Shown here piece by piece: positions 13,383 through 27,100 of a stretch of DNA of 64,000 nt. The notes under the pieces were generated by a model. The model had not been told where the DNA came from and searched no databases. It saw only the letters and a program-made list of their open reading frames with translations. The DNA is from Eledone cirrhosa (Eukaryota). The DNA lies in contig OZ024743.1 in assembly GCA_964016885.1 (NCBI GenBank), positions 228,346,001-228,410,000 of the forward strand, in the 5' to 3' direction. A program made the translations under genes and the position numbers. Every line of letters begins with the position of its first letter. Position 1 is the stretch's first letter.

Positions 13383-15544
13383 TGGGATTTAGTTAATCAT
13401 AGTGACTGTAATACCTATTTTCTGAAGTGGAGTATTTATTCTATTGGCCTCTTTTTCTCAAATCCCTAAATGATGGGACACCGACATCCTCTCCACACAT
13501 ACATATATTCAGGCATGATGAGCTTCTACAGTTTCCATCTACCAAATTCAACTTATAAAACCTTAGATTGGGCACCCTGAGGTTACAGTTGACGTCATGT
13601 GCTCAAGATGGTTTTCAGCAGAACTGAACCCAGAAAGAACCACAAGGGGGCAAAGAATATTCCTTAACCACACAGCCATGTGTTAAATAAGCATATAACA
13701 GGATATTCGAAAGTAACAATAACAAAGAAGGAAAAGAGGAAAAAATGCAGCAGGAAGAAAGAATGAAAGAATATAAAAGCGATAAGAATAATCTAGGTGT
13801 ATATGAAAGTGAAAATTGCTTATGAAGCTTAATCAGTTTATGTCATATATTTTCATGGTCCTAAGTTAATTTGTCCTGATAATGGCCCTGTGTGATATCA
13901 ATAGTGCATTGATCTCTATTGCCATTATATATATATTCTAGTTAAATAAACGAGAATATATTAATATAATACTGTGTACAAATATTAAATACTATGAATG
14001 CGTGCGAGTGTGTATATACACATACACACACATATATATATATACATATATAATGCCATTACATATATATATATATTTGAACACGTATATGTATGTATAT
14101 ATAAATTGATTATGACATTGACACACACACACATATGTATATATAGATGTGTGTGTGTATATATATATATATATATACGTGTGTGTATGTGTGTGCTGAT
14201 GTCATATTCAATTTCATCTCAAACAATAAAATGGTATAAGGCACCATTTCTGTCAATTAACATTGAGAACAAAAATGTATTTGTGTCCATAACTATTACC
14301 ACTACCAACACCACTACTACTGCCACCACCACCATCACAATGCCCTCCACACCTACTACCACCAGTACAACTACCAAAAGCCCTTGAGAGGTAAATCCCA
14401 TCACTATAACTATTACCATCACCATAACTAATTTTGTTATAACTACTACAACATGAACATGAGGAGTGTCCATAATCTTTGCAAACCTTGTTAAGCAGGT
14501 AAGGCTCCAATTTATTCTCTGAATATCTGATAATGTCTTAGCAGAAGATATTTGAAAATGGGTTTGTTAATTTAAATGTTTATAACATCTTTATTACTTG
14601 ATATGGATCTTCATAACAATTCGCATACCCTTAAGTTACTAATCTGATATAGTTATAGTGTTGTTTTATACTTTTCTAGAATGTTTGCTAATATGACTTC
14701 ATGCATTTTATTTGTGTCTGTGTGTCGTACATGTGTGTGTACATATTTATTTGTGTCTGTACGTATGTTTGTTCATTTCCTATAACTTGATGGTTAATAT
14801 GCTAAAATAAGTCCAAGACTTTAAAAATTAAGTACAGAGGTGAAAATACTTCATTATACTTCAATTTTCTCTGTGATATGGTCATAGGTAGCTCTTACAA
14901 ATGCTGTTGCATGTGGTACAGGACGTTAAGAGTTAAACAGTGTCATAGAATGTTCTATCTAGAAACAGATACATGTGTGCTTGAGATTATTGTGTTAAAT
15001 GGGCTTAGAGAAGGAGGGACATTTTTCATGACCTTTTTGGTGGGTCTCCAAGGATGGTAGAGAAAACAAATAAAAAAACTGTAATTTAGGTCTTATTTTC
15101 AGATTGGACACTACGCCTAGATACATGCAACAGTGTGAGTGACATAAAAGTCACAAAAGAACCTAGTTGATTAATTCTACCTTCCAGATTGGACTAAGGA
15201 AACTATATTTCCATGGGTCTTTCCATTACTGACACTTCTGCTGGTAATGCATCATGGCAGAAGCATCGCTGCTTTTCTGATAACAAGAGGCAATAATTAA
15301 ACCCAGAATTCACAAAAGCAGAATAGACATTGCAATATATCCTGTCTGACTCTTTAACAATTCCACTAATCCACCAAAAAGGGATGAAAGGCAAAGTTGA
15401 CTTTGGTTGGCTTTGAGTTCAGAGAGCAAGCAAGAACAAATACCAAGGCATTTAATTTAATGCACTAACAACATTGCTAGCTCACAGCCTAGAAAATGTG
15501 AAACAAATTAAAATAGAGAAGACATAGAATTGAATTCATAGCAT

Positions 15545-15870
15545 TGGACTTCCATCAGTTCTGATGATGAATGCACCAGTTGTTTAACCAATGAAACAGA
15601 ATGCTTAAGGAATTAACATACAAGTGGCTGAGCATTTTAATGATACATGCACCTTTCACATGCAGAGTTCTCATGAATATTCAACATAACATAGAGTGTA
15701 ACAAGACTGGCCCTTTGAAGTACATGTACATCATATTTATTCTTTCTTAGTGGACTAGGGAAACATTAAATAAAGTGTCTTGCTCAAGGAAACAAAGCCC
15801 TGCTGGGAATCAAACCTGCAGCCTTATGATTATGAGCTAAACACCCTAACCACTAAGCTAATTAGCTTTC
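15545..15870 (-). mobile_element. Old CORE-like SINE with a different body
   Basis: AAATAAAGTGTCTTGCTCAAGGAAACA..AACCACTAAGC shared with the SINEs above. Weaker relatives near 4690-4790 and 12570-12680. Confidence 0.6.
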
Positions 15871-16398
15871 ACTAACTATTGGAAATCAGTAAAACCTAGA
15901 TTTATATAATAAGCAATGAACAAATTTATACAGCATTTTTACCACTAAGCTATCATTATGTACGTACCCCACGCTCCATTCCGCTCCATACCAAACACTC
16001 TACTCGGTACTTTAAAGATAGTTATCGAGTTTTCTGGAAATTTAGAGCCATTCTACTCAACGTCAGATCATGTTTTCATTTACTTTGCTTTCTTGTGACA
16101 ATACATTTGTATCTAGTGGAAAACCAATACATACATAAGCATGCAATGCACACACATATACACACACTCATATATATATACATGTATACACACATATATA
16201 TATATATGCACACCAAGTTTTTCCGACTCTTTATCTGTTTAACAGCCAATAAATAATATTGAAAACAACAGTTAATAAAATCTAATAAAAGAACTCTATT
16301 TACACAAGATTTTATATGGAAAACAAAACCCGAATGCAAAACGGAAAAAAAAAAGAGTTTCCACACACACAAACTTACACGCAGACTCACACACACAC

Positions 16399-16474
<76 letters not shown>

Positions 16475-16489
16475 GTATATATATATATG

Positions 16490-16520
<31 letters not shown>

Positions 16521-16535
16521 GTATATATATATATG

Positions 16536-16632
<97 letters not shown>

Positions 16633-16637
16633 GTATA

Positions 16638-16688
<51 letters not shown>

Positions 16689-16693
16689 GTATA

Positions 16694-16744
<51 letters not shown>

Positions 16745-16839
16745 GTATATATATGTATATATATATATATATGTATATATATGTATATATATATATATAT
16801 GTATATATATGTATATATATATATATATGTATATATATG

Positions 16840-16872
<33 letters not shown>

Positions 16873-16883
16873 GTATATATATG

Positions 16884-16917
<34 letters not shown>

Positions 16918-17076
16918 TATAGATATGTATATATATATATATATATAGATATGTATATATATATATATATAGATATGTATATATATATATATATATAGAT
17001 ATGTATATATATATATATATATAGATATGTATATATATATATATATATAGATATGTATATATATATATATATATAG

Positions 17077-17107
<31 letters not shown>

Positions 17108-17143
17108 GATATGTATATATATATATATATATATATAGATATG

Positions 17144-17174
<31 letters not shown>

Positions 17175-17225
17175 GTATATATATATATATGTATATATAT
17201 GTATATATATATATATATGTATATA

Positions 17226-17275
<50 letters not shown>

Positions 17276-17339
17276 TATATACGTATATATATATGTATGT
17301 ATATATATATATATATATATATATACGTATATATATATG

Positions 17340-17376
<37 letters not shown>

Positions 17377-17389
17377 GTATATATATATG

Positions 17390-17452
<63 letters not shown>

Positions 17453-17590
17453 GTATATATATATATATGTATATATATGTATGTATATATATATATATAT
17501 ATTTATATATACATATATGTGTATATATATACATATAAATATATATATATACACACATGTATATATATATATATATATATACACATATGC

Positions 17591-17621
<31 letters not shown>

Positions 17622-17622
17622 T
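16399..17622. repeat. 1.2 kb compound (TA)n microsatellite
   Basis: TA tracts punctuated by G, AGATATG and ACG in higher-order blocks. Confidence 0.95.
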
Positions 17623-17704
17623 ACAGAGAGAGAAAAAGAGACAACATATACACAAATATTAGATATTTCAATATCATTTTCTTCCATTAATTCTTTAGTG
17701 ATTC

Positions 17705-17740
<36 letters not shown>

Positions 17741-18085
17741 CATCATCATCATCACTGCTACAATTTTTTTTTTTGTTACTGCTATTACTACTACAACTAC
17801 CACCACCACTGTTACCACCAATACTACCACCATAACTATCGCCACTACCACTGTCATCACCACCACTAACACCATCTTCACCACTACCATCCTCATACAC
17901 CATGATCTGGTATTATCTATTGCTGGTTGTTGTTGCTATATTATTATAGCTCTATACTGCTAATTCTCTTTGGTTGTTCTATAAAACTATGTAAGAAAGT
18001 GAATAAATGGTAAAAGAAAAGACATATATAGAAAAAGAAAAAGAATTGTGGTAAGGTAGTACAAATGTAGAGACTGTATATGTTG

Positions 18086-18460
18086 TGACAGTGTGCTGAT
18101 GTGATAGTGTGATTGTGTGTTTCTGGAAGTGTTAGAAATTCTGCATATGTGTGAGTGTGTGTGTGTCAGTGTGTGTATGAGTGTGTGATGCGTGACAGTG
18201 TGCTGATGTGATAGTGTGATTGTGTGTTTCTGGAAGTGTTAGAAATTCTGCATATGTGTGAGTGTGTGTATATGTCAGTGTGTGTATGAGTGTGTGATGT
18301 GTGATAGTGTGATTGTGTGTTTCTGGAAGTGTTAGAAATTCTGCATATGTGTGAGTGTGTGTGTGTGAGTGTGTGTGTGTGTATGAGTGTGTGATGTGCG
18401 ACAGTGTGCTGATGTGATAGTGTGATTGTGTGTTTCTGGAAGTGTTAGAAATTCTGCATG
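18086..18460. repeat. Minisatellite, ~4 units of ~95-115 bp
   Basis: GTGATAGTGTGATTGTGTGTTTCTGGAAGTGTTAGAAATTCTGCAT occurs four times, with GT-rich spacers. Confidence 0.9.
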
Positions 18461-18756
18461 TGTGTGAGTGCGTGTGTGTATGTGTGTGTCTTGGTATGTA
18501 TAGTGATATGTAGTGAAGTAACAGCTCTAACCATATTACTGTGCAACAACAAACATAACTTTTCAAAAAAGGAAACTGAGCTACACACACACACATATAT
18601 ATATAGAGAGAGAGATTTTCAGTGCCTGCTATTTTTCTTTCTCACTGCGAGATATACAAGATAAAGAGAGGGCTATATGAATATATATATAGATATATAT
18701 ACACTTACACATATATGTATATATATAAATATATATACAAATACACACATATATAT

Positions 18757-18839
<83 letters not shown>

Positions 18840-19132
18840 TGTGTGTGTGTGTAATTTGTTATTTCCATCTCAACATGAACAAATCCATATTTTGAAATTG
18901 AATTCTAACACCCTACATTAAAAAGCCAGAAAAAATAAGATATTTATCTTCAAAAATCTTTAACATATATCTAAAAGAATTAAGTTGATGCCTCATATAT
19001 GTATGTGTAACATATACACATAAACATATTTTTATATACTTATGCAACACAGATGCATCTACACATGCATTGGAAGTCATAAGCACTCATAAGTATAACC
19101 ACTAAAGGCGATATATATATATATATATATAT

Positions 19133-19172
<40 letters not shown>

Positions 19173-19722
19173 TATATAGAGAGACAGAGAGAGGGGGGGA
19201 GAGAGATACATGCATAAATAAATAAATACAGGCATATACACTTACTTCCATAGATATATATTTTACGTACTTAATTTCATACATATTTACATTATATATT
19301 ATACGCATATACATGAAAGCATACATATATACATATACACACACTCAAGATAACACATATACACACACATATATTTGTTTTGCAAGATTCTTGATGTGAA
19401 ATCATGTGTCAAAACATATTTTTATACTTTACGACAAGACGGAGTTACTAGAACAAAATCAAAATGATGAGGAGACATAGTGCACCAGGAGAGCCATTGA
19501 CAAGGTCACATAATGTGATAGAAGACCTTTAAATACCCATCCTAATACATTCTTGAGTGGATCTCAACAAGTCAGTGGAGCCACACATCTCTCCATTTCT
19601 CTTAACTTTTGAAAATCACGAAACTTGTGAAACCTGTATAAATTATTGAAAATAAACCTTCTTAACTTGAATTCCATTTTCAACCTTTTTCCTATATTTT
19701 CACCCATGTATGACATATATAT

Positions 19723-19912
19723 CGGTGAATTGGCAGTATCAGTAGAGGGTTGGACGCCATGCTTTCTAGCATAGTTACGTCCCTTTACGGTTTGAGTTCA
19801 AATCCCGTCGAGGTTAACTTTGCCTTTCATCCTTACGGGGTCGATAAAATAAAGTACCAGTAGTGTACTGGGTAATTGCTGGCCTTGTGCCAAAAGTAGA
19901 AACAATTATTAT
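19723..19912 (+). mobile_element. Meta/MESC-like SINE copy
   Basis: Near-identical to 8150-8337. Confidence 0.88.
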
Positions 19913-20398
19913 TATCATCATCATTATCATTTAACATTCATTTATCTATGATTGAGTGGATTAGACATATTGTCACATTATGAGACAAGTCAGGTCCAGA
20001 GACCATGGGTTGCTCATTCAGATCTGTATTTTAGCTTTGATTTTACTGATATCTATATATACATATATATATATATATATATAGTTATTTGCATGTAAAT
20101 TGTAATTATGAAAGAATGAGCCCTGAATATGTGAAGGCTGAAAATTGATGATGAATACAAGATTAATCGGATACGATCATGAAACTCTGAGTGCTGATGA
20201 AAACATATGCTTAGTAATATATACATAGTACACAGAGAAGATAGCACACATACATTTTAAACACAACAATAATATTACAAATAGACAATATAAAAATAAT
20301 ATTGATAGCTTTCCTTAAAAAAAACAACGGAAAACCACTGAGAAAGAAAACAATTTTGCTATCTAAATCGACAGCAATCAACTTTAGAAATGTTGTAG

Positions 20399-20451
<53 letters not shown>

Positions 20452-20867
20452 ATCTCTTTCCTTCTAAAGTCACTTTTTGTTTTTCTCTGACTATGTCTCT
20501 TTCTCTCTCTCTCACACACACATAACTGCCCAAAACAAATTGGTAACTGAGAAATATTGTAACATGTGATTACATATTTTTCAACGAAATTCTTTCTTCT
20601 ATATTTAAAAAATAATCCAGACACCTCCATTATGTGTGGGTGTATAATTGTAGTCATCTATGACACATGTATATGCACATGTGTTTATGTGTGTATATAT
20701 ATATATGCGTTCAGAAGTAGGTATATGCATGCTATGTCTGTGTATGAACATATGTTTGCACGTTTATATGTATGGGTGTATGTACATATGTATGCATATT
20801 CGTTTGTATGTGTGTTAGTAAAATGTTTGAGTAAGTATGTATGCATTTCACATATAAGTATAGCTGA

Positions 20868-20923
<56 letters not shown>

Positions 20924-22664
20924 GTGTGTGCTTGTGATGTATTGATGTGTTTGTGCAGTTTAATACAGAAGAAATACGGAAGATTAATGTATGAAACAAA
21001 CAAACTCATATATATACTTGAGATATTATAGGATTAAGTTTCTTGGGCTGACCAATGTATTGTAAGTGAATTTGGTTGATGGGAAATATGAAATAATATG
21101 AAGCCAGTCATCATCCTCATTATCAACATCATTTAATGTGACCATTAAAAGGTTAGATGAGTGTCACAGACCAAGTCAGTACTCAATCAGAGTCATTCAT
21201 CTCACATTCTACAGAGGGCATGTTATCATGCCAACAACATGCTACCCTTTGTGTAGCAAGTTTTCTACGTCTGAACACCATTCCTACCATCAACCACTTA
21301 AGAGAGTGTACAGGGTATATTTTATTGTGTTACCAACACGAGAGAGGTTAAGCTAAAAATGAAATTGAACATTCAATAAAATAAGCACTGTATTGAATCT
21401 GGGTTGATATTATCAGCTGTGTGTGTGTGTTGTTGAGTTGTAGGAACACCATAACAACTTATGCTGTGTCATGAGCACTTACACCTTACACCTGACAGAG
21501 CTCATCCCACTTCAAATCTTAACATAGCCAATATCTTCTAGAGAGAGAGAGAGAGACAGAGAAAAGGAGATATAGAAGAAAAATCGACATACAGATTGGC
21601 TCTGATGTCATCACAGAGGAACACAATGCAAAAAGCCAGTGTTTTGTCCACACTAACTTGACTAATAATTCATATATTGAACCCTTAAAGGATGAAAAGT
21701 AAAGTTGAACTCAGTGGGATTCGAAATCAGATCCTAGATAGACAAAGAATACCACAAAACATTCTATATGATCTTTTAATGATTCTGCCAATTTGCCACC
21801 TTATATTATCAATTAAAAACCCCTTCAAGGTGATGCCCCAGCTTGGCGGCAGTCCAAAGTCGGACATCAATAAAGGAATATACATACAAAAGTACAGAGG
21901 TTTAATTAAGCTTCTATTCACCATATTTCACCAGCAAACTATAATAATGAAGAACACTTTACAACTTTACATAAGAACAATGAATATTGATCCCTTTATT
22001 AAAGTACAAAAGGTAGTAGAAGTAGTAGTAGTAGCAGCAGCAGCAGTAATAGTAGTAGTTGGATTAGTAGTAATGGTGGTGCTAGTAGTGTCATCAATTG
22101 AATCAACTCCAGTATGTAACTAACATTATTTGCGAGAATAAAAACTTCAAAGTTAGTACATGTTAGATCAAAGTGAGAGTAGCAATTTTATAGCGAATTC
22201 ATGTCACTTAAACAAATCTTTAATAAGCAAAAAATATGTAATGCATTGAGAAAATTAACAGGAACAAAAAGGTGGGGCATAAAATGTAGCAGAATTTGAA
22301 CTCCCAATATAAAAAAGGATAAAGCTAGACTGAAATATTACTATTAATTTTTCTTAAGATAACAAGAGAGACCTTTCTGTGATGTATAGATCTGCTAGAA
22401 ATAGCAACATAATTTCTTTCAGATTACATCTTGTCATATTAAAAAAAATAACAAACTAAAGGCACATTAGGTAATGAGTTCCCTGATAAACTATTATTGA
22501 ATAAGAGGTAAGGTGTTTACTGTTAGAATGCTTTTGATCCTTGGTTTAATCTGGGTCTAACTAACACTAACATCAACAGTCCTGAACTAATAAATGATAT
22601 TTACAACTTGTATTGAGTTCTCCCTTCCATGTCTTTTTCCAATTTATTTTGAACTGTGTGTGTG

Positions 22665-22704
<40 letters not shown>

Positions 22705-22720
22705 ATCATTTTTACATGTA

Positions 22721-22796
<76 letters not shown>

Positions 22797-23218
22797 TATT
22801 TGAACTGTTAAGGGTGGGTTGAAAAGTTGATAGGCTGACTATGAAGAAGTGATCCTTGTGCTGTGAAATCTTGCATGTATTAATTTCATCTCTTTTTATT
22901 AATAACTGCATTACATGTCCAGTTAAACTGACGTCTAACTGTCCAAAGAGGATGAAAATGGACAAAATTTGTTATCAAGTACCTACTAAATCTCACTAAA
23001 AACTATGTTAAATGGGAATATGTCTGTGGAATGTGCAGCTATTTGCAGGTTAATTTCATGAACTTGTCTCAACAACTGGAACATCATCATCAGAACAGAA
23101 CCATCAGAAGTTCAACACACACACTCACACTTACATTTATTTGAAGCTAAAGTTGTTCTTTCTATTCAAAATATTTACACTGAATCTCATCAAGCTCACA
23201 CACACATATATATATATA

Positions 23219-23706
23219 AAAAAAAGGTGCAGAGCACTAGAAGTCAATGGAAACCGCGGAGTGGGGAGACCCAAGAAGACCTGGGATGAGGTGATAAAAA
23301 CCGACCTTACCCAATTACACCTCTCAAAGGCAATGACACACGACTGTGACCTCTGGCGTCACGCAGTAATACATAGTACTCGACCTCCCATGGGTACAAG
23401 CTGAAGCATATAGACAATATGCCCCCACACCCTCCCACTGCAAGGTGGTCGTGGAGGTGCCACGGCAAAAAAGCACCCAGCCCACACTGTAAAGTGAACA
23501 TGTAGGCACCACGGAAAAAGCATCCAGCACTCACTGTAAATGAGGTTGGTGTTAAGAAGGGCATCCAGCTGTAGAAATCAAGCCAAAATCAGTTCCTGTA
23601 TGAGCAAGGCATGGTCAGCCGACCAGACACTGCCCACAACAGGACAACCAGTCTAACCCATGCTAGCATGGAAGAACGGACGTAAAATGGTGATGATGAT
23701 GATGAT
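23219..23706 (+). mobile_element. RTE-B 3' fragment
   Basis: [32 protein letters not shown] plus a 3' UTR matching 24086-24390, and an (ATG)n tail. Confidence 0.9.
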
Positions 23707-23756
23707 ATACAGACATATATATATACATATATATAAATATATCATCATTTCATTTC

Positions 23757-24061
23757 ATTTTACATCCGCTTTTTCCCTGCTTGCAAGGGTGGGACGGGAA
23801 CTGATTCTGGCTTGATTTCTACAGCTGGATGCCCTTCCTAACACCAACCTCATTTACAGTGAGTGCTGGGTGCTTTTTTGCCGTGACACCTCCACGACCA
23901 CTTTGCAGTGGAATGATATGGACCCCAGTCCCTATCATCTCATTTCTACAGTTCAGTTAACTGGAGCAATGTGAAATAAAGTGTCTTGCTCAACGAAACA
24001 ACACATCACCCGGTCTGAGAATTGAACTCACAACCTTTTGATTGCAAGGCCATGTGCCTCC
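23757..24061 (-). mobile_element. CORE-like SINE with RTE tail
   Basis: Same family as 27101 and 50072; small deletion in the head. Confidence 0.85.
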
Positions 24062-24085
24062 ATATATATACATACATATATAAAT

Positions 24086-26730
24086 CATCATCATCATCAT
24101 CATCATCACCGTTTTACGTCCGTTCTTCCACGCTAGCATGGGTTAGACGGGTTGTCCTGTTGTGGGCAGTGTCTGGTCGGCTGACCATGCCTTGCTCATA
24201 CAGGAACTGATCTGGCTTGATTTCTACAGCTGGATGCCCTTCCTAACACCAACCTCATTTACAGTGAGTGCTGGGTGCTTTTTCGTGGCGCCTACACGTC
24301 CACTTTACAGTGTGGGCTGGGTGCTTTTTTGCCGTGGCACCTCCACGGCCACCTTGCGGTGGAGGGGGGGGGGCATATTGTTTATATGCTTCAGCATGTA
24401 CCCATGGGAGGTCGGGTACCCTGTATTACTGCGTGACGCCAGAAGTCACGGTCGTGTGTCATTGACTTTGAGAGGTGTAGTTGGGTAAGGTCGGCTTTTA
24501 TCACCTCATCCCAAGTCATCTTGGGTCTCCCCACTCCGCGGTTTCCATCAACTTCTAGTGCTCTGCACCTTTTTATGCAGCTGTCATCCTTCATACGCAT
24601 CACATGTCCATACCAGCGTAACCGCCTCTCCTGCACGCAGCATTTGATTCCTCTTATGCTCAGTCTCTCTCTCAATTCCTTTATGCTTTGTCGTTCACGT
24701 ATATTACTGTTACACATCCATCGGAGCATGCAGGCTTCGTTTCTCTCTAATCTACGTAAGTCTTCCACCTTCAGCGCCCAGGTCTCACTACCATGCAACA
24801 TCGCTGTTCGGATACACGCATCATACAGTCTGCCTTTCATTCTGAGGGAGAAGCCTTTTGCAGCTAGCAGTGGTAGTAGTTCCCTAAACTTCTTCCATCC
24901 CGTTCTTACCCTAGTTATTGTACTTTCTGAGCACCCACCTCCGTTGCTAATTCGGTCACCTAGGTAGCAGAAGCTGTCTACTGTTTCTACAGGGCCCTCC
25001 CAGAGATTGGTGGTACTTGTTTCCTGTGGCTGTTTGCTTGCTGTTTCAGCACAGCTGCTGCATGTGAATCCTACATTCTTAATTAAGCTTCCTGAGATCC
25101 CGCTACATCTCTTGTGTACCCATTGTTTGCATTTGGGGCAGAGAATGGAGTTTCTACCTACACCTTTCCTACATACTGAGCAAGGCCATTTCCCTGAGGG
25201 GATCTGGGTTCTGTTTTCTCGTCTACTTACAAGGACCTTAGTCTTTGTCATATTGACTTTGAGGCCCTTTCTCTCTAGTCCCTGCTTCCAGGTTTGGAAT
25301 TTATTCTCTAGTTCTACCATAGATTCAGCTATGAGTGCGAGGTCATCAGCATACAGGAGTTCCCATGGGCATCCGGTCTTAAACTCCTCCGTTATTGCCT
25401 GCAGGACTATGATGAACAGGAGAGGGCTAAGAACAGAGCCCTGGTGGACCCCAACCTGTACGCTAAATTCCTCGCTATACTCATTGCCAATCCTAACTTT
25501 GCTTACTGCTCCCCTATACATGGCTTGTACCGCTTTCACAAGCCATTCATCTACTCCTAGTTTTCTAAGAGCCCACCAGATTACTGCACGTGGAACTCTG
25601 TCAAAGGCTTTCTCAAGGTCGACAAATGCCAAGTAGAGTGGCTTACTTTTAGCTAGGTACTTTTCCTGTAATTGCCTCACAAGGAAGAGGGCATCAGTGG
25701 TGCCTCTCCCTGGTACAAACCCAAATTGCATCTCGTCTATATTCACCCGGTCCCTAATCAGCTGTGCTATAACTCTTTCTGTTACTTTCATGACCTGGTC
25801 CATCAACTTTATACCTCTATAGTTTCCTCTATCTAGTGCATCGCCTTTACCTTTGTAGCAGTTGACAATGATGCTACTGCACCAATCTTTTGGTATGGCC
25901 CCCTCTAGTATTACCTGGTTAACGATACGTGTGGTTATAGTGTGACCTACAGACCCAGATGCCTTCAGCATCTCGGCAGCTATACCCGATGGACCGGTTG
26001 CCTTCCCTATCTTCATATCTCTGATTGCCTTACTTACTACGCTGCCGCTGACTTGTACTGCTGGTCCCTCTATAGGGTCTACGTGGGGTAGGGTCTCTTC
26101 TTCCCATGCATTCTCCTCATTTAGTAATCTATCATAATGACTCTTCCATGCATCTTTCTTCTCAGCACTTGTGAGGGCAAGCTCACCTTTATCATTCCGG
26201 ATACACTTCTCTCCAATGACATCACAACTATCTCTGACACACTGCCTCGCAATCTTGAATACCTCCTGTTTCTGGTCCTCACGTTGTAAAACATGCTTGA
26301 ATTTTCTATCCTCTGCTTCCCTCCTAGCTAAGTATACTTGTCGCCTAGCTTCCCTCTTGGTCTCTATGTAATGTACCCTGCTCCCCCCGTTCTTCCATTC
26401 TTTCCATGCCTGTCTCTTGGCCTTGACTGCTTCATCTACCTTATTGTTCCACCACCAAGTCACTCTCCTCCTGCTTGAGGTCTTACTCCAGCCACAAACC
26501 TCATCCGTCGCCTCTAGTAAGTTATTTTTTAGGAACTCCCAGTTCTCTTCTACGTTAAATGTCTCTATCTGTTCTTCTTTACTGTCGTAGGCGTTGAGTA
26601 AAATATCTTTAAATCTGTTACTGGTTGAGGGGACTTTCAGCTTCCAGATCTTTCTTCTCCAGGTTGGCCTCTGTTTCAGGGCTCGTCTAGTTCTGACCGT
26701 GAGGTCGCTGACAACTAAGCTATGTTGGGA
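24086..26730 (-). mobile_element. RTE LINE (subfamily B), 5'-truncated at the end of the endonuclease domain
   Basis: Starts at ..SQHSLVVSDL, has a full RT, a ~300 nt 3' UTR and an (ATG)n tail. Flanked by a 35 bp direct repeat (24051-24085 / 26775-26809). Confidence 0.95.
24391..26727 (-). CDS. Uninterrupted RTE reverse transcriptase reading frame (~780 codons, no native start)
   Basis: Part of ORF 24391..26898 with FVDLEKAFD, GVHQGSVLSP, LLYADD and FCYLGD intact. The N-terminal extension of the ORF is flanking microsatellite. Confidence 0.85.
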   Translation of the reverse strand, partial: QHSLVVSDLTVRTRRALKQRPTWRRKIWKLKVPSTSNRFKDILLNAYDSKEEQIETFNVEENWEFLKNNLLEATDEVCGWSKTSSRRRVTWWWNNKVDEAVKAKRQAWKEWKNGGSRVHYIETKREARRQVYLARREAEDRKFKHVLQREDQKQEVFKIARQCVRDSCDVIGEKCIRNDKGELALTSAEKKDAWKSHYDRLLNEENAWEEETLPHVDPIEGPAVQVSGSVVSKAIRDMKIGKATGPSGIAAEMLKASGSVGHTITTRIVNQVILEGAIPKDWCSSIIVNCYKGKGDALDRGNYRGIKLMDQVMKVTERVIAQLIRDRVNIDEMQFGFVPGRGTTDALFLVRQLQEKYLAKSKPLYLAFVDLEKAFDRVPRAVIWWALRKLGVDEWLVKAVQAMYRGAVSKVRIGNEYSEEFSVQVGVHQGSVLSPLLFIIVLQAITEEFKTGCPWELLYADDLALIAESMVELENKFQTWKQGLERKGLKVNMTKTKVLVSRRENRTQIPSGKWPCSVCRKGVGRNSILCPKCKQWVHKRCSGISGSLIKNVGFTCSSCAETASKQPQETSTTNLWEGPVETVDSFCYLGDRISNGGGCSESTITRVRTGWKKFRELLPLLAAKGFSLRMKGRLYDACIRTAMLHGSETWALKVEDLRRLERNEACMLRWMCNSNIRERQSIKELRERLSIRGIKCCVQERRLRWYGHVMRMKDDSCIKRCRALEVDGNRGVGRPKMTWDEVIKADLTQLHLSKSMTHDRDFWRHAVIQGTRPPMGTC

Positions 26731-26799
26731 TGATAAATATATATATTTATACAATAATGAGAAATACACAGATACATGTGCCTCCATATATATACATAC

Positions 26800-26844
<45 letters not shown>

Positions 26845-27100
26845 AATGAGAAATACACAGATACATGTGAATACATACATATACATGCATATACACACAT
26901 ATATCTTTCAGAAGTATGTGAGATTGTGTTGCCAACCTTAACCATTGTTGCTCTATGATTAAGAGGGACAAAATAATCGGAATGAATTAAATTGACTCTA
27001 TATCAGAGCTATATAATACATTATAAATGAAGAAGAAACATAAATAAATAAATACTTATTATTTCTTCATATATTTATATATATATATATATATATATAT

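Noticed and set aside
15560-15600. CTGATGA...GAAAC hammerhead-like spacing
   Set aside because: No stem II, stem III or stem I pairing found; it lies in a decayed SINE body.
18086-18460. CRISPR-like repeat/spacer pattern
   Set aside because: Spacers are related GT repeats, the context is eukaryotic, and there are no cas genes.
24521-25636. Antisense ORFs over RTE coding regions
   Set aside because: Shadow frames of the RT ORF with no motifs.
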